DNA of 63,941 nt, filler included, from Octopus bimaculoides (Eukaryota), in NCBI RefSeq assembly GCF_001194135.2. It is 5 parts of 5 records of this genome, joined end to end, with 100 filler letters (N's around TTAATTAATTAA, not from the genome) between each part and the next. Parts side by side here need not be neighbours in the genome. Positions count along the whole stretch, not along the records: positions 31,307 to 53,111 come from NC_068985.1; 4 more parts are not named here. One strand, given 5' to 3'. The position numbers and the translations under genes were made by a program. The notes beneath the pieces are model-generated. The model saw nothing but the letters and a program-made list of their open reading frames with translations, did no database searches and was not told the DNA's origin. This document shows positions 37,530 through 50,874 of the stretch, piece after piece; position 1 is the stretch's first letter, and every line of letters starts with the position of its first letter.

Positions 37530-38125
37530 TGTTTTCTATTTACATGTTTCAGTCATTAGACTGTGGCCATGCTGGGGCACCACCTTGAAGAACTTTAGTC
37601 GAATCAATTGACCCCAGTACTTATTCTTTGTAAGCCTAGTACTTATTCTATCGGTGTCTTTTGATGAACTGCTAAGTTACAGGGCCGTATGCACGTCAAC
37701 ATCGGTTGTCAAGCGATTTTGGGGGGACAAACACTAACACAAATAACAAACACACACACACACACAGACAAACACAAACACACACGCCACCCACGACATA
37801 TATATACGATGGGCCTCTTTCCGTTTCGGTCTACCAAACCAACTCAGAAGGCTTTGGTCAGCCCGAGGCTATAGTAGAAGACACTTGCCCAAGGTGCCAC
37901 GCTGTGGGACTGAACCCGGAACCATGTGGCTGGTAAGCAAGCTTCTTACTACACACACACACACACACACACACATGATTGTTTTTGTCTGTGTCTGCCT
38001 ACCAAATCCAGTCACAGTGCTTTGGCTAGGTTGAGGCTGTAGTAGAGGACGCTTGCCCAAGGTTTCATGCAGAAGGACTGAACCTGGAAACGTGGTTGAA
38101 AATCAAACTTTCTATCAACAGCCAC
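37530..38125 (-). mobile_element. SINE A full copy plus partial second copy
   Basis: Family A tail, core and head. Confidence 0.85.
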
Positions 38126-38451
38126 TAGAAGAAAATTAAACCATCACAAGCTGCAGCATTGATATAATATTGAAATATTATAATTAGCAGGCCATGGCTA
38201 TAATTGGCAAACATTTATTCAAGGTCATTTATTGTAGTCCTAACCAAAGGTGCTTAGTACTTTGGAACTAGCCATGGGATATTTACTAAAGTTCCAACAA
38301 TTGCACCAGCTCTCTATTTTGGTAGAGCTATTGTTTAACATATGTTTTGTATTAAGTGAATTAATAAAGGCGTCAAAATTTTGCTGCAAGAATAAGAAAC
38401 TTTAATAGAATTTCTATTAAAGTTTTTTATGATACACATATGTATGCATAC

Positions 38452-38555
<104 letters not shown>

Positions 38556-39289
38556 GTAAATTCTGAAAATGTTGGATAAATTAATGTCAGTTTGCTGATT
38601 CAGTAATGGATTTTACTTTTGAAATTGTTAATATTGCTCTGTCTTTGCATCTTAAAACACAAACACAAACACACGCGCACGCACGCACGCACACACACAC
38701 GCACACGCACACACACACACACACAGACACAAAGACTCAACAGTTATCGTGAGTAATATATTTGTAATACTTTTGGTAAGGGACATGTGATCAAAGAGCT
38801 TTTGCTGTGTAATATGAAAAATATATCAGATTTTTCTTAAGAATTATTTTACAAAAAAAAAACTAAGCTTAATCGCATTTTTGCTATTTTTATGTTATAT
38901 AATGAAATTTATGACAAAAAAACAACAAAAAAACAAAACAAAAAGAGAAGCAGGAAAGAAAGAAGAATATGAAAGCATGTCTGCCTGAATTGATTTTCGT
39001 ATACTTTTGTCTAAATTTAGAATCAATTGTGTTTTTATTAATAAATTATTCTTTCTTTTCAATATATATATTATAGTTTCAAAGAAATATACTATTGATA
39101 AATTTAACCGAGTTTACATTTTTGGAATCTAGAATCATGGTGAGTACAAGATAAAGATTTTGATATATTGACTACATAATGCTTATACACACACATGCAT
39201 ATACTCACTGATATTTGTCAAATACGTTGAATATATATTTTTATGAAAAATCTGTGAATTGTACTCAATAGACGTAAAGTGAGGATAGA

Positions 39290-39650
39290 GCTATAATTCT
39301 TCTTTAGGTGCCATGACCAGAATGTAGAACATAGTTGATCATGTCCTGTCACAATTCTGTGCTTTTTTCGTTTTCTGTAACAGTTACAATTCCTGATGTT
39401 TAATGCTTCCAACCAGTTCGTCAAGATTGACCGCCATATCATACTTCTCTTTCCTCTGTTTTGCTTCCTTTCAACCTTTCTGGTCATCGCTAAATTCTCC
39501 AGGCCCTCTTTCTTCATCACATGACCAAGAAATCTCAGTTGCGTGGCCCTTATCTCACAAAGTAATTTCCTATTTTCCACAACCCAGGGGTCATCACGTT
39601 TTCCTTAGACATTTTCTCTATGCTGGACTCACAGCTCTCCAAGCTTCTTT
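39290..39650 (-). mobile_element. RTE/BovB-like 3' fragment
   Basis: LLCEIRATQLRFLGHVMKKEGLENLAMTRKVERKQNRGKR. Confidence 0.8.
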
Positions 39651-39654
39651 TCAT

Positions 39655-39870
39655 CATGGCAGCTTGCTGGCAGAATCGTTAGCACATCGGGCAAAATGCT
39701 TGTTGGACTTTCGCCTGTGTTTATGTTCTGAGTTCAAATTCTGGTGAGATTTATTTTGCCTTTTATCTTTTCAGGGTCAACAAAATATGTACCAGTCACG
39801 TACTGGAGTTTATGTAATTGATGCCATGCCCTGACATTACTAGCCTAGTGCTAAATTTTGAAACCAGCAT
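39655..39870 (+). mobile_element. SINE B, decayed
   Basis: Head and central domain. Confidence 0.75.
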
Positions 39871-40580
39871 TTTGGTTTGGTGTAAAGGTGAGGTTTTTTA
39901 ATAAATCAGTGTATGTTGGCCTTGGTTTAGCCATGTATTGAGACAAACCTAGAAGTTCCAGTGTTCAACGATAGTTTTTAACGATGTCAGGAGGATGAGA
40001 AATAAATTACCCCAGGGAAAGGACATAGGTTCCCACATGTAATGTTTGCTGTAGGAAGGAATTGAACTTGACTCTTCAACTCAGTGATGCAGGTAGCAAT
40101 CATTTGTGAGTGAGTTGAGGCTCACTCGTAGGTAGTATGCCTTGGCTCACTGTTCTGGTATCTACGTAGTTGTGGCCAGATGCAGATTTGCTCTCAGCCC
40201 TCTCAGCCCTGCAGAATGTGGCAGCTGGAAGGAGGAAGAGAAAAGAGAAAGTGAGTGAGAGAATAAGAGGGTGAATGGTAGGGTGAGTGAGAGGGAGCTG
40301 CACCAGCATCTGGTTGGTACATGTTTACAGCTGAGCAGACTGGAGCAACATGGAATAAAATATGCTCATTCAAGGACACAACTTGCTGCCAAATGAACTC
40401 AATAAATTGCTTATTCCAGTGTGTCAGTTCTTACGTCTGTGAATTATAAACTACCTGTCATAGGCAATCAGCTATGAAATAGGCCTATATATTCTCAATC
40501 TGCTAGAAATTGCTGTCAAATCTCTCACAAATTCTAATGTACTGTCTTATATATATATGTGTATGTATGTGTGTGTGTGT

Positions 40581-40670
<90 letters not shown>

Positions 40671-41549
40671 NNNNNNNNNNNNNNNNNNNNNNNNNNNNNN
40701 NNNNNNNNNNNNNNNNNNNNNNNNNNNNNNNNNNNNNNNNNNNNNNNNNNNNNNNNNNNNNNNNNNNNNNNNNNNNNNNNNNNNNNNNNNNNNNNNNNNN
40801 NNNNNNNNNNNNNNNNNNNNNNNNNNNNNNNNNNNNNNNNNNNNNNNNNNNNNNNNNNNNNNNNNNNNNNNNNNNNNNNNNNNNNNNNNNNNNNNNNNNN
40901 NNNNNNNNNNNNNNNNNNNNNNNNNNNNNNNNNNNNNNNNNNNNNNNNNNNNNNNNNNNNNNNNNNNNNNNNNNNNNNNNNNNNNNNNNNNNNNNNNNNN
41001 NNNNNNNNNNNNNNNNNNNNNNNNNNNNNNNNNNNNNNNNNNNNNNNNNNNNNNNNNNNNNNNNNNNNNNNNNNNNNNNNNNNNNNNNNNNNNNNNNNNN
41101 NNNNNNNNNNNNNNNNNNNNNNNNNNNNNNNNNNNNNNNNNNNNNNNNNNNNNNNNNNNNNNNNNNNNNNNNNNNNNNNNNNNNNNNNNNNNNNNNNNNN
41201 NNNNNNNNNNNNNNNNNNNNNNNNNNNNNNNNNNNNNNNNNNNNNNNNNNNNNNNNNNNNNNNNNNNNNNNNNATATAGATAGATAGATAGATATAGATA
41301 GATAGATAGATAGATACGTATGTATGCTTACATATGTATAGACATATATATCTGCATGTGTTTATATGTATATGTACACGCGTGTGTGAGTATGTATATA
41401 TATATGCACATGTATGTGTGTGTATGCGTACGTGTATGTATATGTGTACATGTGTGCATATGCAGATTCTATGAACGATGTTTTATTTCCCCCACACATA
41501 TTGGAGTAATTTCCCTTCATTCAACGGTTTTTTTCATAGCGATTTTTGT

Positions 41550-41624
41550 TTGTCTTAATAACTGATGAGATGCCGGAGCAGACTTCAGCCCCGGTATCTG
41601 AAACTCTGGGTCTTATTATGACAA
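41550..41624 (+). ncRNA. Type I hammerhead ribozyme-like motif in a Penelope-type terminal repeat
   Basis: Stem I TTGTCTTAATAA/TTATTATGACAA, core CTGATGA, stem II GATGCCGG/CCGGTATC, one extra T, then GAAAC...GTC triplet. Confidence 0.65.
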
Positions 41625-41653
41625 CTAACTAATTGCCACACACACACACACAG

Positions 41654-41685
<32 letters not shown>

Positions 41686-41839
41686 ACTTGGGGATGGTCA
41701 TATTGCCAGTTTAGCCAATAAAAACACACGCACTGTATATTTGGTGTTAATTTGCTTCAGCTTTATATTACATTAATNNNNNNNNNNTTTGGTGTTAATT
41801 TGCTTCAGCTTTATATTACATTAATCTTAATCTTATTTC

Positions 41840-41884
41840 GGCCAGAGTTCTTTCGTCACACTTCTGTGACCTCATCAGTGGTCC
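41840..41884 (-). ncRNA. Minimal type I hammerhead ribozyme motif
   Basis: Minus strand GGACCA CTGATGA G GTCACA-GAAG-TGTGAC GAAA G-AA-CTC TGGCC; all conserved core nucleotides present. Confidence 0.72.
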
Positions 41885-42779
41885 TTTGTTTCCTTCCTTC
41901 TTATGTGTGTCTCACCTTGCTAAATATTAGCCATTTTGTCAAATATATATATATACATATATATATAAATATATATTTATATATATATATATACANNNNN
42001 NNNNNATATATATATATCTTAGGTTATCTCAGGAACAACTTTGGAGTAAATTACAATAAAAATTGCTTGTGATAGTGACATTGAGTCAGGTGGGAAACTA
42101 AATGCTTTGGTTCCTCCGTCAACTCAGTTCTATTACCATTTGCTGATGTCTTGATTTACAACACATTATTAGCAAAAGGTAGAAATATTGAAACCTATCG
42201 TAAACCATTGTTAAAAATTAAGAAGAAATAGCCTGATCATACAAGTGATCAATTATTTTTGTAAATTAGGATTTACTGGAAATAATAGAAATGTAACGAA
42301 TTGGTTTCTACGTAAGTTATTTGTATATACGACTAATTATTTTTCCTGTTTAAATTTGATGTTCTGTCTACACAAGATTTACAAATTGCATGCTTTATAG
42401 CAGAAAACTAGATTTTTAAGCCATAAATTAAGACTTATTTTATTCACCACCACACCAGTCTCGTCATTATTATCGTTATTAGAAATTAGAATCTTTGTTT
42501 GTATTCATTTTATTGTCTTCTTTATTGTGATCAACTAAATTCAAGTTTGTATTGCTCTTTATACAAGTGCTGATGTTGCATGGCTTAATGGATTGGTTGC
42601 TGAACTAGTCACGTGTGTCTAGTTGTTTTTGGTTGCTGTGGCGACTGGTTGAGTTGAATGAAAACATGTTTCTTGGGCTGCATCAAGTAACTGAACAGCG
42701 CTCGTGAGCACTTTAACAAAAGAATCTGTTGTCATACATAAAAACCAACTGCGTTGGTCTATTATAGAAAACAATAGCA

Positions 42780-43200
42780 ACAATTACAAACTGGGAGAGA
42801 GATACTGCTTGGAGTTTACAGCAAGCTATTGATATGGCAACATGCAGCTTACTCAGCATAGCTGGAAACAGTTGCGCTACGTTTGAGGTGATGGAGCTTC
42901 CTGTCATCTATATGTGCCATTTGTCCTAGCTGCCTTCCTGGGTGATGTGGCTGGTAAAAAGGCAAGCCGAACGGTTTTTATAGTCAAATCCTAGAATATA
43001 TGAGAAAACCTGTCCATACCATCGCTTCTCATTGATTGGTCACTTAATAGACTAATCAAATGAAACTATGGTGGTTTTCTCATAATGTCTAACTGCATAT
43101 CCAGGGTTCAGTTTCAAATCACTACTACACACTCATGTTGGCATGACTGTGGCTTCGATTCCCAGATTGGTAATGCTTTACTTTTGTTGTTTCCGTTCAT
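42780..43200 (+). mobile_element. Possible highly decayed non-LTR RT fragment
   Basis: Across frameshifts: LAAFLGDVA..., ENLSIPSLLIDW, IQGSVS resemble RT motifs; weak. Confidence 0.3.
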
Positions 43201-44309
43201 TGAAGTGTAACGAGTGACCCCGCAGTAGACTTGCATCTCGTTCAGCAGCAGGGAGGTTGTGCTCTCATTCCTTTATGCACAATGGAAACAGGGTAATTGG
43301 TCCTAATGAGCCAGCGGACTTGAGACATTAATTTATTTTACTAACTAAAATTGCATTAAATCTGATATAATATTAAACTTGCTTCTCAACATCATCATCA
43401 TCATCATCATCCTGATTGTCATCATCATTATCATCGTCGTCATCGTCGTCATCATCATCATCATCATCATCATCGTAGTCTCAGACAAGTTACTGCAGTT
43501 TCTCAAGTGTTGCAATTTGAACGAAAGTGGTAGAATAGTTTCAGCTTTAACCAAATTAAAATTCAAAACTTTGGGGTAACAACTTGCCATCATGATTATG
43601 TTTTAGACTAGGTTTTGGTGGAACAATTTGCATTCCATTTAGTACAGAGTTCCACGAGTAAACACCTCTCTAATAAGCACCAACCTTATATTCAACCATT
43701 CTCAAATTATCGACATTCACATCATCTCACCACACTAACAACTGAGCCATTTCACTTCTGTATGTATACTCAATGAATGGTGATCAAAAATTAAACGAAA
43801 ACTGCAATTTGGTGTGATTGGGTTTCGGTTTAATGCATTGATAATGAGATTTCAATACTATCAGAAGATGGTGGCTTATGTAAATTAAAAGTTAGAACTA
43901 GTATGTTGTTTTTGTTTTGTTTTTGGTTTCCTTTTTTAGTTTGATGTCCTTCTTAATTATATCCCCAAGATCAAAGGTTTCCAAGTTGTGTGACAGGATA
44001 CTTTTCCGTATTAAGAAGAGTCTTTAGTTGTATTGGGAAATTTGGTGGAATTCAATCAATTTGTCAAGAATATATGGCGTAAATTACATTTAGAACTTGG
44101 CAATTCTGTGTAAAGTTAGACAAGTGATTAGTGAACAGGATAACTAATTAATTAGAAAACTTATGCATCACAAAAATATTTATTTTTGAAAACACTTGTA
44201 AAAATATGAAGTTTTGGTTTAGAGAGTAAATTGAAGTGGAAATTTCAATTAAGCGATAAAATTTAAACTTAAAAATTCATTTTCAGACATTTATTATTTT
44301 AGTTTTTTA

Positions 44310-44705
44310 TTTGTTTCAGTCATTTGACTGCGACCATGCTGGAGCACCACCTTCAGTCAAGCAAATCGACCATAGGACTTATTCTTTGTAAGCCTAGTAC
44401 TTATTCTATTGGACCCTCTTGCCGAACTGCTAAGTTACAGGCACGTAAACACACCAGCATCGGTTGTCAAGCGATGCTGGGGGACAAACACAGACACACA
44501 GACATAAACACACACACACGCACACACACACATATATGTATACGACTGGTTTCTTTCAGTTTCCGTCAACCAAATCCACTCACAAGTCTTTGGTCGGCCC
44601 GGGACTATAGTAGAAGACACTTGCCCAAGGTGCCACGCAGTGAGACTGAACCCAGAACCATGTGGCTGGTAAGCAAGCTACTTACCACACAGCCACTCCT
44701 GCGCC
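44310..44705 (-). mobile_element. Near full-length SINE family A
   Basis: Reverse complement of 16442-17075 without a gap. Confidence 0.9.
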
Positions 44706-44719
44706 TATAAACGTGAGAC

Positions 44720-44837
44720 GCTTACAGCACCTAGGTTTCCCAAGCGGTCACCCATCTAAGTACTGACTAGGCTCGATGTTGCTTAACTTCGGTGATCGCA
44801 CGAGAACCGATGCTTTCTAAGCGATATGGCTGTAAGC
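44720..44837 (-). rRNA. 5S rRNA-like dispersed copy (variant or pseudogene), 118 nt
   Basis: Reverse strand reads GCTTACAGCCATATCG...TCGGTTCTCGTGCGATCACCGAAGTTAAGCAACATCGAGCCTAGTCAGTACTTAGATGGGTGACCGCTTGGGAAACCTAGGTGCTGTAAGC; A and C boxes recognisable; terminal helix fully paired; no oligo-T terminator directly after. Confidence 0.88.
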
Positions 44838-45653
44838 GTTTAATAATATTAATTTTATGATTGAGTCTTACATTGAACATACCAAAATGACAACCTCCAC
44901 ATCTTTTCACCAATTAATAATGCATCTAATGGAAGGTATCATTATACCACAATACACCTTGAAAAAAAATGTAGGTAAATAAATATTTGTTGGAATCTCA
45001 GCTGTTTCATGAGGAATTGTAAAGAAAACATTCTTGAACAGCAGACGTAGAGGCTCTATTAATAGCAAAGTATAACAAAAATATCAAAATACAGACAGTG
45101 TATTCTTGTTACAATTAACACCAAATATGATAGCCAAACTATTTTCTGATTCTTGAAAGAAATCTCATACCATCTGTCAAAAGCATTTAACATCCGACAA
45201 TAACTAATGAGAAACAAAATATTTGTCTAAGTTTCAAAGATATACACTTATATATGCGGACTACTGTCCTCACCTTAATTGTTAGGGCCACAACGATTTT
45301 GGCTCTTGCGCCATCCAGCTTTCATCTGATGCTTTTCATAGGCTGCATGGTTAAAATACTTGCTTCCTAAAGATACGGCATTGCGTTCAGTCCCCCAGCA
45401 TGGTACCTGGGGAAAGCGTTTTCTGATTTAGCCGGTGTGTGACCATAACCTTGTGAGCAATTCTGGTTGGCGGAAATTGAAAGAACAACGATGTGTACAA
45501 GTATAAAAATACATACACGCAAACATGCATCAGTGTCTGTGTGTATATATGTATGTATCTATGTATGCATGTATGTATGTGTGTATGTATGTATGTACGT
45601 ACGCATGTGTGTGTATGCGTATATATGTATGTGTGTGTATATGCATATGTATG

Positions 45654-45702
<49 letters not shown>

Positions 45703-46133
45703 NNNNNNNNNNNNNNNNNNNNNNNNNNNNNNNNNNNNNNNNNNNNNNNNNNNNNNNNNNNNNNNNNNNNNNNNNNNNNNNNNNNNNNNNNNNNNNNNNN
45801 NNNNNNNNNNNNNNNNNNNNNNNNNNNNNNNNNNNNNNNNNNNNNNNNNNNNNNNNNNNNNNNNNNNNNNNNNNNNNNNNNNNNNNNNNNNNNNNNNNNN
45901 NNNNNNNNNNNNNNNNNNNNNNNNNNNNNNNNNNNNNNNNNNNNNNNNNNNNNNNNNNNNNNNNNNNNNNNNNNNNNNNNNNNNNNNNNNNNNNNNNNNN
46001 NNNNNNNNNNNNNNNNGAAACGTGCGTACTGCAATCACTTTTGAAATCCGTGTTGCTTATTGTTTGATTTTAATCACCCATCCTTTTGGGATACGATATT
46101 CGGGTGCCTTCGCATAAGTACCATATTCAAGCC

Positions 46134-46170
<37 letters not shown>

Positions 46171-46184
46171 TATATATATATGGG

Positions 46185-46350
46185 AGAATATACGAAATAA
46201 CAACAACAGACGAGGACAGGTCGTGTAAATAACAAAAGGATGTATTAGTATGACGCTCGGGAATACGGAAAGTCTTTGACGTTTCGAGCTACGCTCTTCA
46301 ACAGAAAGAATACGGAGACAAGGAGAAAAACACGGAGAAAAAAAATTGAA
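46185..46350 (-). mobile_element. Penelope-type terminal repeat with a near-intact minimal hammerhead (46274-46308)
   Basis: Minus strand CTTT CTGTTGA A GAGC-GTA-GCTC GAAA CG TC AAAG; palindromic ACGT helix III. Confidence 0.55.
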
Positions 46351-49246
46351 TAGTGTTCAGTCAACGGTCAAATGTATGCTTGTATGTATGTGTATATGTA
46401 TGTATATGTGCATGTGCGTGTATGTGTGTGTATATGTATGTATATGTGCATGTGCGTGTATGTGTATATGTATGTATATATGTAAGCATGTATGTATGTG
46501 TGTATCTTTGTATGTATGTATCTGTGCATGTGTGTGTATGTGTATGCAGGTATGTGTGTGTATGTGTATGTATGTGTATATGTATGTGTGTATGTATGTA
46601 TGCATGTATGTATATATGTATGTATGTGTGCATGTGTGTGTATGTTCGTATGTCTGTGCGCATGTGTGTGTATGTGTATGTACGTGTGTATGTTTGTATG
46701 TGTGTATGTATGTATGTGTGTATGTATGTATATATGTCTGTATGTCTGTATGCATGTGTGTGTGTGTGTGTGTGCGTGTTGTACTTTTCAACTTTTGCCT
46801 ATAAAATCACACTTATTACATTTTACTTTTATTGATTATCCCTTAACTATTTAACTAATTAACTGATCAATTGTTTGATCGCTCAGTCAGTCAGTCAGTC
46901 TCCTCGTAGAGCTCTTTCAATCACAGACTGTGACCACCTTCTTTATGACATACCCTCAACCTACCCTCATCTCCTCATGTGCATCTCCTGTAATTTTCCT
47001 AAGCTGATTATTCTGTCTTTGTTTCAGCAATCATTGTTTATAATATCTGGGTTTCCTCTGTGTTTCAGATATTTTAATCAGGGCAGGGGTACTTTGCGCA
47101 CTCTCCTGCTTCACGGTCGGTGTGTAGTGTGTGATTGAGCGTGGCAGTTCATGGGTCTGTGTGTGTGAGTGTCTACTTATGATTAGCCATGTATGTTAGT
47201 AATTAGTAGTTAATTAGCAGCGATTTCTGGATAGCAGATGTTGGAAGGTGGGTGATTTGAGCTTTTGAACTTTTGGGTTTTGTTTTAACAGAACTATTAG
47301 AAATACATCCACATAAATATATATTTACATTCCTTGTACAACCTTATTCTTATGGGGGTAGATACACTCACACATACACAAACATATGCATACAAGCGAA
47401 ACATAGTAAGTGATGGAGATCTTGCTATTGCCTTCATACACACACACATATTTATATACTTACCTATCTATATACCTATATCTACGTGCGCGTTTGTCCT
47501 TGAGGGAACATGGCCTAGTGAATAGTGTATTGCACTTGTGATCACACGATCGGTGTTTCAAATATTGGACCGGAATGTGAGCTGTGTTCTTGAGTAAAAG
47601 AATTCATCTGAGGTTGCACATCGATCACTTCAACACAAAACACATGGTACACTGTGCACTTGTCCAGGCAACGTCGATTTAATGGAATGTGTCAGCTAAT
47701 GCACAGCACATAATTTCATAAACCTAGACGAATCATTTGAGTAGAGTGCAACAAGACACGTCTGTACTATCTTTCTTGGACCACAAGAGACTACCATCAT
47801 ATATATATATATATATATATANNNNNNNNNNNNNNNNNNNNNNNNNNNNNNNNNNNNNNNNNNNNNNNNNNNNNNNNNNNNNNNNNNNNNNNNNNNNNNN
47901 NNNNNNNNNNNNNNNNNNNNNNNNNNNNNNNNNNNNNNNNNNNNNNNNNNNNNNNNNNNNNNNNNNNNNNNNNNNNNNNNNNNNNNNNNNNNNNNNNNNN
48001 NATCATCATCCTCATCCTCATCATGATCATGATCACCATCACCATCACCAAAGCCACCACCACCGCCACCACCACCACCACCACTGCCGCCGCCGCCACC
48101 ACCACCACCACCACCTTCATCATCATCGTCGTCGTCGTCTTCATAGATTTTCTATCAACTTTCCATGCTGTGATGGGTTGGACATTTTTCAGTCAGTATT
48201 TTCATAGCTAGATATCCTAGATGGCAAAGCCTTCCTTTCTCTTAAGTAGGTCTCTCAAATATTCCTTGGGGAGAAATCAAAGTCAGTTTTTATTTTATGT
48301 TTTTCCTCAAACTGATTAATAAAAAATAATGTCTAATTTTCATAGCCGTAAACTTTAGCAAAATAGTTGCTAAACAGTTTTCCTTTCTGGACATATGTGT
48401 GCGCTTGTACTTGCGCGTGTGTGTATGTGTGTGTGCACCAGCACACGTGCGTGTGTGTCTATGCATACTTATTTATCTGCATATAGCTTGGTCTAATAGA
48501 AAGAGAAGTACATTTCACAATGATGAGACATTAGGTTTAATCCCACAGCAGAACATTTCAGCTGTCTTTTAGCATAAACTCAGAAACTGTTTGGAATGGA
48601 TCCTTTAAGAGCAGAGACTGAAGCTAAAAGAAAAAAAAACACCTTTTCTACAGACTACTTTGAGATTTTCCCAGTCATGCACATGAAGTTTCTGAACAAC
48701 AGGCATTCTGTAAGAATGAAACTTCAGAAATTCTTCAGAAAGTTCGATCAGACAATCACAAAGAAGAATCAGCTATACAGGCTGAAGATTTAGATGACTG
48801 AAAACCAGACTTACCCTCACCTTGAATATTTTTCCAGAATCCAAATGTCCCATGATCCTCCGGGTAGTTTTCTTTCTAGAGTTGGACCTGCGGCCTGAAA
48901 TTTTCAGTTTGTACTAATATGGATTTTCATTCAAGAACTGCATGATTACCATTTAGTCTTCAACGAATACGCAGAGGTCTACGAATCTTTAAAAAAAAAT
49001 TGTCATTCTTGATAAACATTTCAACAGAAAACAAGCCGCGTCCATTGATCTAGAACAAAATGGTAACACTAACTGCAAGAAGATACCATTTCCACCATCC
49101 TAACATAACTAGCACCACGCGAATGACCGTCTAAACTATGTGAAATTCTTATTTTATTATTGTAGTCTGTAATTGAAATTCTATCGAAGTTACTCTGTGC
49201 CATGATAAACCCACATGACCACTATATTTGGGTTAGAAATATACAC

Positions 49247-49430
49247 GCAAGCATGGCTGTGGTAAGAAATGTGTTTCCAAATCACACGGTTCCGGGTTCA
49301 GTTCGGATGTGTTGCACTGTGTTCTATTATAGTCTCAATCCAAACAAAACCTTGCGAGTGGAGTTAGTAGACGGAAATTGAAAGAAGCTCATCGCATGTA
49401 TGTACGCATGTATATATGTGTGAGTCTCTC

Positions 49431-49488
<58 letters not shown>

Positions 49489-49710
49489 TGTGTGTGCGCA
49501 CATGCGCGCGCGTGTGTATTTGTGTATGTGTGCTTGTGTGTGTGTTACTCACCACAGCTTCACACCCAGTGTTGGTGTGTTCATGTGGTCATAGCTTAGC
49601 AATTCGGCAAAATTAGACCGATAGAATAAGGACCAGACGTTAAAAAAAGTCCTGGAACCGATTCGTTCAACTAAACGTTCTTCGAGGCGGTGCTCCAGCA
49701 TGGTTGCAAT
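49247..49710 (+). mobile_element. SINE A, decayed full-length
   Basis: Head, internal (TG)n, tail GGCGGTGCTCCAGCATGG. Confidence 0.8.
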
Positions 49711-50647
49711 TCAACCATTTACATTTCTACTTAAATTATTAGCCAATGAGCAAACAGCAGTTCATGTGATCAAACAATTGAAATATTCATCGTGCAACTG
49801 GTGGAGATCCATCGTATTTATTCAAAGTATTAATAATTTTTTTTCCTCAGTATTTTATATCAGATTAACTAAAATTTAAGATTTGTGTTTTCCGAAATAA
49901 CTGAAATATCAATGAATCTTTATAACAGGAATATTTTTTTTTTACACATTTTATTAAAAAATATTGCAAACCTATGTTTATGAATATAAATGCGAGTGTA
50001 AACATCAACAAACACACCGTTACTATGATCATTGTCATCATTCATCATCATCATCATCAACATCATCATCATCATCGTCTTTGCTGCTATCGTCATCTCC
50101 GTCTACGCCAACATAACCCCTCCTCATCATCAATACCAACACTACCAACAACATCATCGATGTGGTTGTCGCGGTTGTCGCGGTTGTCGCTGCCTTGCTC
50201 TTCGCCTATAACATCATCACTACCACCATAACCAATGTCATCATCATCAGACAAAGAACCCAATACGGAGCCTGTAAAAGTTCACTTATTCCACCAGAAA
50301 TAACAGCTAAATCTTTGAATTGCATTTTATTATCTTAAACAACAAAGAGGTACATTGTAGAATGCATTCCTAGACAAACGCCTAATATACAGAAAGGTCA
50401 TGGCCGGAATACCTTACAAGACAGGCTTGTATCGTCAGAGTTGACCAAACAACAACAGACCCTCAGAATTTCATCCCTTTCTTTTGAGACAAACCATCAT
50501 TATCAATCTCATTATCATCAAACATCCTTATCGTCGGTGTCATCGTCAAAATCCTCCTCCTCCTGCTCCTCCTCCTCCTGCTCCTCCTCCTCCTCCACCC
50601 CCTTCTCCTCCTCCTGCTCGCCCTCCTCCTCCTCCTCCTCCTCCTCC

Positions 50648-50680
<33 letters not shown>

Positions 50681-50874
50681 CTTCCAACATTCATATTTCC
50701 ATGTTTGCATGGGTCAAAACGGAATTCGATGTGGCAGATTTTCTATGACTAGATGCCCTTCTTGTCACCAAATCCTTCTTGCTTGTCAGTATATATGTAT
50801 GTATGTGTGTATGTATGTATATATATATAACATTTATATTTATAGCCACATATATAATATATATACATATGGAA

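Noticed and set aside
48590-48900. Coding-looking stretch with short ORFs on both strands and a possible minus exon 48821-48894 (GHLDSGK)
   Set aside because: Weak acceptor, no GKS/T P-loop completion, no recognisable family
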